A stretch of 64,000 nucleotides of DNA. It comes from Octopus sinensis. Its lineage: Eukaryota. This document shows, piece by piece, positions 53,454 to 64,000 of the stretch (position 1 is its first letter; each line of letters begins with the position of its first letter). Made by a program: the position numbers and the translations under genes. The stretch spans positions 150,536,001 through 150,600,000 of the forward strand of contig NC_042997.1 in NCBI RefSeq assembly GCF_006345805.1, read 5' to 3'. The notes under the pieces were generated by a model. The model saw nothing but the letters and a program-made list of their open reading frames with translations, was not told the DNA's origin and searched no databases.

Positions 53454-54435
53454 CTGTTATATCGCACGTTCGGATGACCTCTGCTCAACTTTGACGTCTA
53501 GACTTCTCCCTCTATATCTATGAATTGGGCTAACCTATTTCATCGTCTGGGGCCGTCCACACAACAAAGGCATTGAAAACTTAACCTGAATTTGACGGCG
53601 CTATATACAGATGGGGAGAAGTTGCATATGTGCGACTGGTGAAAGAATACATAATACTTAAGTTGCTGGAAAAAAAAAGACATATTGCATAATTAAATCT
53701 CAGAATGAGATTGAAACAGTAATCGCTCGATAATGTAAAGTATAGAAGCCATCTTATCATGGCTAACCACATTGGGGAGGGGGTGTTACTGTAGCTTTAT
53801 AGCCCCAAGAGATCTTCGTCTCAAGCTGGCTTTAGACACAATATCTGTGTCCTTGGAGTATTTGCAAAGGGAGGACATCCCTTCCTCGCAAGCCTGAGTG
53901 ATACGCTCGAACTAGTTTCGGGATTGTTTGGCTTCTATACTTTACAAAAGACATATTCTTTCCCATCAAATCACTGACGAGCATATGACTTTATTAGTCA
54001 GTTCATTGTTCAATGACCTCTGCTATGGGTAAATTAAAGCTTGTACCAACTGAAAAAAAACTCAGTATAAAAATAAATGCTCCTTACTTTGGTATAAAGT
54101 CGGAAACGTGTGCGGTGTTGTTAATTGTTTAAAACGACTGTAGTAATTTAAGAGTGCTTAATTTGTTGATATCTGAAGAACGAATTGCAAAGTTGACAAA
54201 TATCGCACTCTGTGAATGAAAACTGGAACACCCCATTCCTAAAAGATACAAACTATCAAACGCACGTAGACAACTTCCTTCACGCGCCCAGTCATGTAAA
54301 ATACCGAAAGATAACTATCTGTCTGTTATATCGCACGTTCGGGTGACCTCTACTCAACTCCTCGAGGTTAGACTTCTCTCTATATATCTACGTATTGGGC
54401 TAGCCTACTTCAACGCCTGGGGGCGTCGACACAAT
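53454..54435 (+). repeat. Two diverged direct repeats of about 110 bp (53454-53564 and 54323-54435)
   Basis: ctgttatatcgcacgttcgg(a/g)tgacctct(g/a)ctcaact...tagacttctc...attgggct...cacaa occurs in both; roughly 80% identical by eye. Confidence 0.8.
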
Positions 54436-55231
54436 ACTGTCCAATGGGAAGATGTTTCCCTACGAGGTTGCGAATCGCAATATGACTCACTTCTCCTTAA
54501 TGATATCCTAGTGTACTACACATGGTATAACGCTAATGATTTCAAGGGGAATTTTATCTTAAATAAATATTTGTTCATTCAAACCAACGGGCTCGTCCAT
54601 ACAACTGTTCAAAACATTTAAAAATGCATGTATATACGTACACAGACACACATTTATGCGTTCGATTATTTTTATGAATACCGTATTTTTATACGAGAGA
54701 TATATAGGGGAATAAAAAAAGAGAACGAAATGTAATATCGTTTACCATCCGATTTCAATTTTTTCTTCCAAACTTGAAATACAAAAGAAGAAAAGAAAGA
54801 AAGAAACGGTCAGTATTTCCAAAATTTTGAAAATGTCAATGAAAAACGACATCCAACAGCTGGCATGGACTTACAATCTCAAAAAGTGCATATTGACTAT
54901 GAAAAGCACTTCCTATAGGTTATACGGCAATTCTGAATGCTTGACTAGTTTTTACATAATCATGTTTGAACTAATCTGAACTTTCATTATTTGATGGGAA
55001 ATAATGGGTCATACACAAATGGAGCGAAATGAAGAATAGTATTTGGATAAAAATATGACAAGTTGTGGGTGAATGTTGAAAGTGATTAATAAAGAAATAT
55101 ATGAGCTAATGCGAAGTTCAATATATTCAATTTCATCAAAATAAAAATGAAAAACTAACACTCACGTTTACGATAATTTGGAAGATTAAATCAATGACGA
55201 TAAATCCTCCATTCTGCACACGGAATCCACA

Positions 55232-55620
55232 TTAATCTATACACTTCTCACAGAAGAACTCTTCGTTAACATCTGTTCCCGTTGAAATACATTTTTGAAC
55301 AAACGTAATCATCGCAATGATCACATAACAACCAAAACTCCTTCTGCTTGCCTTTGTATCTACTCGAGAATCTCTAGCAGATGGAGCAGTTGGCGTCCTC
55401 TCCCTCCGAATCCTCTGCACTATCATAGCCACTATCACTATTGCCACACTCTGCACTACCTCATTTCTGCTATTTTAGTGCAACTGACCCTCATTCTCTT
55501 CTAATCTTTAACTCTTGTTCAATCTTTGGTGCATTGCTACATCTGTTTTTCTCTTGGATTCAATATCCAAACTCGATTTCCAGTGAATATCAATATCAAT
55601 GATTACATGAAACAACGCTG
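55232..55620 (-). pseudogene. Decayed acidic linker plus PHD-like finger, probably the C-terminus of a pogo/Tigger-type transposase
   Basis: Correcting one stop and one +1 frameshift gives DSGYDSAEDSEGEDANCSIC*RFSSRYKGKQKEFWLLCDHCDDYVCSKCISTGTDVNEEFFCEKCID*. Confidence 0.55.
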
Positions 55621-57390
55621 CTAGAACACTTTCAAATGTTTTCAGGGTGTAGAAATTTTTTTGTTAATTCTTCTCTATTCCTACTTATAGAAACCTAAGT
55701 GTTATAACGTGTGTGATGCATTTTGCCTCACACCACAAACTGGCAAGTGACTCATTATGCCCCACTTTCGAGTTTATTTGAATTTCAGAATTTCCAACTA
55801 TACTTCCATTTATCCAAGATAACATTGGCAAAAAAATATTCCATAAAAAATATCCGCACTATTTCTTGCAGTACAACGGATCATAAATTGAATAGTCTAC
55901 CGACTGCGGTCGGTGATCAAGAATTTGGAACGTAAGGAGTCACCACGAAGAATACAATGGTAGATTTGGATCTAGAGAAAGTGATGAAAATCTGGCAAAT
56001 GACCCAATATTCCCCACTGACTCATTATGCCATTCTCCACCTTATCGTTCAAATATGGATTATAATTTAATTCCCTTAGCACCGCCTACTACAATTACGT
56101 GGCGTGAAACACCCCACCAACAAGCTTCTTCATCACTGTCTTCTTGTTTACTTACACTTTTCGACTGGCATTACTGTGTCGGGTAATATCCCTAGCGGCA
56201 TTTCGTCCGCCTTTATGTTCTGAGTTCATAATCCGTCGAGGTCGACTTCGCCTATCGTCTTTTCGGGATCGATAAAATAAATACCGGTTGAATACTGTGG
56301 TCGATGTACTTGACTAGCACCCTCCCCTCAAATTTAAAGCCTTGTACCGATCATCATCATCATCATCATCAATACGGTTTTTTCTCATGCTACTGAGGGC
56401 ACATTTGATCAGCTTCTGAGGATGCGTATTGGTTTTGTTCTACATTTAAGCCTATGTACAAGAAAACTCATGAGAGTCACGGCCTTTTGGTACACGTTTA
56501 TTCATATATAATGCTTAAGGGCTGCGAAAATTCATAACCGATATAACTCAGTGATATTATAGCCAGAATCCTATGAATTTGCAAAGATTATAGCCTGCCA
56601 CACGAGTCTTATGTTTACAAATGAAAACAGTTTATGTATTTTTTATATGTTTTTGCATATATTCATTCAATTAACGTTTAACTGGGAGCATTCCCAAATC
56701 TATGAGAGTCATAACGATTTCAGAGATAAAACGTGAGGTAGCACATGTTTGTAGTAGCACATAGATACGAGTACATATCTTATTGAGTCGTAATTCGACA
56801 CATGCAGCAAAAGATAAACGCCTGCCAGCCGTGAGTGAGAGTTCAATCCACTCGTGTCTTCCTGTTTATGAATGCACTGAACCGCTAAAGAGACGCGACT
56901 CGTATGTGACTGTGAAATATGTTTAATTTCATTTGGCTTCTCACTTCAGGGAACTTAGAAAGATAACTTGCAATTTGGGTCTTGGGCATAAACCAGCATG
57001 TCTTAGAATATTAACACTTACAGACCCGGAATCAATTTTCAGAACTTACCATATAAAAATAACATTTGGAAAAAATCGCGTTTCTTGTGCGGTTCAGTAT
57101 ATATGCACGCGGAGGTAGACCCAAACAAAGGAACATACACAAACGTGTATACAGACAGATATACGCAGTGATGTGAATGTATATTCAAGCTGAACTGTCT
57201 TGAGGCATAGGTAAACCGGGCAATTGACCTCACAGCTGTAAGAGCCCAGTGCTAATCTATTTATGGTGAAGTTTTCTGTCAATGAATAAATACTACGTGG
57301 ACTAGTGCATTGATATTCCCAGGGGCCTATAATACTGATTAGATTACCCTTATATAGGAAAACATAAACATATGAAGATACGTAAAGAAG

Positions 57391-57447
<57 letters not shown>

Positions 57448-57794
57448 ATATATAATTATTAATTTTTATAAATATATATCTATACATATGTATATATATA
57501 CATATAGTTTCTATCAATTCTATACTTCAATATAAACCCGCTTCGCTAAAATATGTGTGCTTTTTTCCAAAGAAAGGAAACCATTATTGTTTATATTCAC
57601 ATTCACTATGACACTCGCCATAGGATTTTTAGAAGTCCATTCATTTGTAAAATAAGAAAATAAATAAATCTAGTTTCGTTTTAATACTTTTTAACGGTCT
57701 CTGGCTATAATAAATCACACAAATTGTATAAAAAATATTAAAAAATATATGCACACACCCACATTCATTTGATATAATATATATACAGAAACGA

Positions 57795-57859
<65 letters not shown>

Positions 57860-58471
57860 TATATATATGAATGCCTACGTAAATAACAACATACATGTAT
57901 ATATATATATTATATATATATATATATATATATGAATGAATAAATAAATGAGCTTGACATTTCTAAACAAACTAAGATGCAAACAAGCTAGCCAAGCAAA
58001 ATAAACACCCCAAGCAAGTAATGAAACAAAATACTAAAATACAGAAAAAAATAAATGAATAACATTATAATATATATATGAACGATACGAAAATATATGA
58101 CACACATATAATTAAAATATGACTCTCTTTTCAATGTTGATATTTTATAATTTATAAATACATCACAAATTATATATACAAAACACACCATACAGTTGCA
58201 TACATACACACACGCACAACATATCACTTCTCTGTTAATCTGAAACTTTTATGGAAATGCATACGCACATACACACATCGCTGGTGTTATTTATTTATTC
58301 GCTTGGTGGGAAGCTAAAGTTTGACTTCATTCAAATCTCGATTTTATGCAGTTTCAATTTATTATAATTGGAAATATAATCTATTGAATGGAATATATAA
58401 ATGTAGAAATATACATAAATGATGTGCATACATACATACACACACACATATATATATGCATAAATATATGC

Positions 58472-58519
<48 letters not shown>

Positions 58520-58544
58520 ATACGTATATATATTATATATATAC

Positions 58545-58592
<48 letters not shown>

Positions 58593-58622
58593 TATATATA
58601 CGTATATATATTATATATATAC

Positions 58623-58658
<36 letters not shown>

Positions 58659-58679
58659 GTATATATATTATATATATAC

Positions 58680-58720
<41 letters not shown>

Positions 58721-59430
58721 TATATGAAAAATTAATATGTAATATATATGAAATTATACAATTTATAATATAATATACAGCTATATGCATATAACTAAAT
58801 CTTTATATACGTTTTCATATTTCCATTATATATATACACACAACACACACGTACACACACACACATGCGGGCACACACACACGCACACAACACACACACG
58901 CACTCTCATTCTCTCTCATACACACACACTCGCACCACACAAATGTGTATGTGTGTGTGTGCGCGTACGTGTGTGTGTTCACACACTCTTTCATACATAC
59001 GCATAAGAGTATACAGAGATTGAATAGAATGCAAATTTACATGCCATCACATAGAATATCCCAAACGTATAGAAAATCCAAGTATCTTTGAATTACAGGA
59101 AATAAAAAGAAAAATCTTCCTCGAAAGTTTGCAATTTCAGAAAATAAGAAAAAAATATGGTAAATGAAGGAATATTTAAAATCTAGCTAAATATAATATG
59201 TATCTGAATTAGAAAAAAACTTCCACTTTGCTTTCATTGTAAATAATGTATATAGTCGCTGTAAGAAATATATATTTTGATATGTATTATAATATATTGC
59301 ATTGATAGTCTTATAAATAATAAAAATTCTACATACACATCTTCTCGTTTAGGAGAGTTTTATAATTAACGAATAGGACATTTTTTACCTAAAGATATAT
59401 TACCATTATACATATGCTCGTGCATATATA

Positions 59431-59472
<42 letters not shown>

Positions 59473-59723
59473 ATATATATACATATAAATATATGTATAT
59501 TTATTTATACATATACATATATTCATTTATATATACATATATATATATGTACATATATACATACATATATATATATATATGTATATATATCCATATATAC
59601 ATGCATACACGTATGCATCAATATATAAGCATATATGTCTATACTCCACTCACACACATAAACACATACATGCATATATATGTACACATGCACACACGCA
59701 TATATGTATATATAAAATATATG

Positions 59724-59755
<32 letters not shown>

Positions 59756-61052
59756 ATACATATATATTTAGGCAATGTACGTAGGCTCTCCCATACACTT
59801 CTTAAAATGCATCTATTATTCATTTGCCGTTTGACTTTATTATTTAAAAACAGAAAATAGAGTAGAATATACGCATTTTGGTATTATTTGACCTTTCTCT
59901 TATTGAAAATTATGTTATTCCGCAACTATACTTCTCATTTGTTGCTGAAGAAGATCATCGCAACCAATTATATATTCACTATACTTGTTATTATTCTTAG
60001 AAGCCTGAAAATTGTTTGCTTTTCCCTTAGTCAATTTTCATTATATATTTTTTTCTATGCTAGGCAACCTTGTATGTTCTGAGAAGTATAGATAGGCCAA
60101 AGTTGTATAATTCTGACCATCACACATTGACTACCTATTTTCCCTGTCCAGGTTCTGGCTACTTGTCGTGCAGTTCAGAAAAATCAACTTTTCTATATCT
60201 GGCACAGAGGTGAATGATGAGATTAAACGTTACACGGGTGCCAGTTTTGTATACTACTTTCAGGACTACTCTTATTCAAGTCTTTGTTAAAGAGAACTCC
60301 CTCTCTGAATTGCTTATAGTTTTTTTTCCGCAGCGTGTTTCTTACCATCATAATGATATAGAAGATCTCTAATATCCATTGCATTTTCTCAGGCGAAACT
60401 AAGCCATTCGTATAATCTAATTGCAACTGAACGACATGGTTCGTTCTACAACACGGAATTGATTTCCAAAGCCAACTATGAATGTAGATTAAATACTGAA
60501 AATACCGGAATGCAAACTTCTCAAAACACGTACCCACTAATCTATTTTTCATTTCAAAGTCGAACGATATTTTTTCCCGAGTAGCTAGCCCCTGTAGCAT
60601 CAGCCAACATCTGCTTACTCATAACAGCAACATATTTATGCCGAAAGCAAACTTTTGGATTCCTTGTACTGCCACAAGAAAAATCTTCCCTTCTATTGCG
60701 AGTAAGTGGATACAAATGAATTATATCGACCGCTTTTGCTAAAAGTTCTGCATATTTGAAAATCTAGTTTCCAAATCGGTACGTCTCACTGTAGATATCT
60801 TGTCCCTATTTTTTCTAGATACGGGACTGCGTTATTATTCTAACCTTATTCATCTAACCGGAATAGTAACTAAAATACGACTGTGCTGTTCCTCCATTCT
60901 CCAGCTGTTATACCTTGGTTGCTCCACTGGATCGACGGTCGGACTTTGTAAACATCGGCTTCCAGAAAACAAATAATTCAACGAACGAAAACGGAAGGGT
61001 ACATGCTATGTATCTTTCACTAAACACACTCACACACTCACACACACACACA

Positions 61053-61088
<36 letters not shown>

Positions 61089-63142
61089 CACTCACAAACG
61101 ACCTCGAACCCGCAAGAGAGAGAGAGAGAAACAGGCAAAAAAAAAAGGAAAATGCCACTTGTATTTAAACATTATGCAAAAGATTAAGCTTTTAATTAAG
61201 AGTCAAAATCAGTACAGATTTTTAAATTATTAAAAAAAAAGGCAATGTAGGTAAGTAGAGTAACACCAACTAACCCTAAAAATGCACTCGGTGGCATTTA
61301 CTCTCATTTACGCTTGTTCACTATTCTATATATGTTTGAGTCACTTTTTCTCTCACACTATTTTTCCCTCATGCAAAAGCATTTGCGCAAACACTTTCAA
61401 ATTTTACTGAAACGCACACACTTAAAAGCAAACACACACATACGTACACATATGTATATACATATTTGTGTGCAGTTTTACCACCACAGAATGCACCAAA
61501 ATAAATGCAAGTACAAGCACTCTCGTTTTCATTCCCATCGTTCGGTATTGCAGTACATCTTATGTTTCTTCGTTGTTACCATGCTTAATATTTTGTAATT
61601 GCAAGCATCTTGATTAAAAACGTTAATTTATTTGTAATCGTAACCTTCGCATTCGTCAAGCACGAATAATCGTCACCCACCATGTCGGACAAATTTCTCA
61701 ATGCCGTTGCTTTCCGATCTTTTTTTTTTTTTGTTTTGAGTCCAAATACCACTGAATTCAACTTTGGCTTTCATATTTTGGGGATCAATAAAATAAAATA
61801 TCAAAGAAGCTCTGGTGTCGCTATAATCTATTACCCTTTCTTTCTAAAATTGTCGATTTTGTAATGAAATTTGAGAGAATGATATTCTGTATATTTTTGT
61901 CCAATTGTATCCGCTTTTTCATGGTCATGGTTTGAAACCTTGTCTTGAACAGGGAATGCTTTGCGAAGAACATTTTCAGGCTGCCTATTATCTCCGATCT
62001 GAAAGTTTTTTAGGAGAGACCCCTTAAAATGTTCTCGTTCAGACCCAGAAGCAATCCCAAGTCAGCGTTTCTCACAGCATCAACTTCTTATGGATAACAT
62101 GTTGCTTTCCTGCTAACGATTTTGGCTTGTTGGAGCTGACCTGTGAATACTTGGCTGCATTCATGATGCCAATGGTCCATTCATATTCTACGTTTGACTC
62201 ATAGCTCTATCTTAAGCCGGGAGATAATTTGCAACAGACATGTTGAACGAAAAATGTGAACAACAATTCGCCCTTATTTCCATCGAGGTTGTTAAATACC
62301 GTGGAATATCGCTCATGAGACAGTTCTTAGCTTAGCATTTGAATATCATCTTAAAAGCTACTGGAGGTCAGGCCGAATGAAATGTTGCTTCTAAAATATA
62401 TCCAACTTTACGAAAACACATCGAAAGCAGAAACATATGTTTAAATCGTTATCATAGTTATGTCTGCCCATCGGTACTATCAAAATAATCATTTCATTTC
62501 TTATACACAATTTTGCTTATTATATAAGGAATTGATCGCTTGGAGAAATATTTAGAGAATAAATTTTCCATGATTCCGATAGGAAATTATTCCAGGATTG
62601 ATCAACAAGGACTGTATGAGAACGATGGCTGATCACCTAGAGAGAGAGAAAGGGAAAGAGAAACAGAGAGAGAGAGACAACAGTCAGTGACAGAGACAGT
62701 GACAGACGGACAGACAGAGACTGAGAGAGATAAAGAGAGAGGAACAGAGAGAAATGGAAAAAGAGAGGAAACTGAATAAGAGTTAAACAGTGGTATCACT
62801 ATCCTGATATTGAACAGGAAGATAGAATAATGTGTACTAGTGTTTACAGCAAACGGATCAATTACAAACAGAACTCTTTTGAAAACACAAACAATTATTT
62901 GAACTAGGAATCCGATAGACGGCTGTACTTATCTCGGTTAGTCTACAGACAAATTGAGGTTAATTTGATCCTGCCAGAAGCTCCAGTATTCATACACAAT
63001 GCTTGAATAAATAGATAAATAAATTATCCAATGATCTGGAAATCTCTAATTCTTAATATACAATCACAGAGGAAAATGTTTGCTTTATTGAATGTGTGTG
63101 CGTGTGCGTAGTGTGTGTGTGCATGTGTGAGTGTCTGTATAT

Positions 63143-63195
<53 letters not shown>

Positions 63196-63228
63196 CATAC
63201 ATACATATATATATATACATATGCATAC

Positions 63229-63285
<57 letters not shown>

Positions 63286-63636
63286 ATATATGAACACACG
63301 CTCACTAAAAATCGTGGAACATCAATCAGGTTTTCTTATGAATAGATCTAAATGAAGTAGATTCATGAATAACTTTTAAAATATGCTGAATGACAAATGG
63401 ACAATATATGAACGTTTGTTAGAAAATGGATGAAAATGATATTTATCGGTATTGAAATCCAAGCACAAAATTATCTTTGTGTATTTGTTTGTATATACGT
63501 ATGTACGTATACACGCATGTATTTATCTATGTATGTGTATAGCTCCCACTTTCTCTCTTTCTCTCCTACTTTGTCGTTATATATACTTCATGTACACATA
63601 TATTTACACACACACACACATATACATTGTATATAT

Positions 63637-63674
<38 letters not shown>

Positions 63675-63763
63675 CTTATGTGTTTGTGTATGTATATACA
63701 TATGTGTATATGTATGTATGTATATATATATATATATATACATACATATACATATATGTATGT

Positions 63764-63823
<60 letters not shown>

Positions 63824-63952
63824 CATACATACATTTAACCCAATACGAATATCGTAGGAGTGATTATCGTTGAGGAATCATGTTTGGTTTAGAATACAAC
63901 CAGCCAAGCAAGATATGTGTGTGACCGTGTGTTGGTCTATGCATAACATAGA

Positions 63953-63986
<34 letters not shown>

Positions 63987-64000
63987 TTGATCTCTATAGT

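Noticed and set aside
58456-58720. Recurring single-base interruptions (tatta, ataat) and higher-order units within long (TA)n tracts
   Set aside because: Explained by slippage or consensus indel errors. It also warns that some 1-nt frameshifts noted elsewhere may be assembly artefacts.
60152-60495. Exon-like segments on both strands (60152-60209 +; 60346-60495 -)
   Set aside because: Isolated and on opposite strands, with no recognisable product; such pairs are expected by chance in AT-rich DNA.

Overview
AT-rich, microsatellite-saturated eukaryotic DNA; this is not a prokaryotic or organellar window. The repeat complement points to a coleoid cephalopod, most likely Octopus (inference from recalled repeat families, not a database search). 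No intact, confidently nameable host gene, rRNA, true tRNA or CRISPR array is visible, and most ORFs in the track are translations of (TA)n, (CA)n and (TAA)n tracts. The recognisable content is transposable elements: three R4/Dong-type restriction-like-endonuclease LINE fragments associated with (TAA)n arrays in one orientation (one nearly intact, with a 5x 25-nt tandem at its 5' junction); a young 5'-truncated CR1 LINE; a cluster of L1/Tx1-like 5' ends; a full-length decayed mariner with TIRs; a Tc1 relic; an internally deleted Chapaev3-like element with TIRs and a TAA target duplication; a Helentron-type non-autonomous element; a 303-bp foldback MITE; a pogo-like PHD relic; several tRNA-derived SINE families; and two decayed minimal hammerhead ribozyme folds typical of Penelope-like elements. 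There are also recent local duplications (35.3 kb tandem; 50.3-52.6 kb inverted plus tandem triplication). Tentative host signals are a phase-compatible chain of small minus-strand exon candidates (39.7 to 28.3 kb) and a YY1/ETS/CRE-flanked ATG-GCG-GCT first-exon candidate at 28.6 kb. Both are low confidence.
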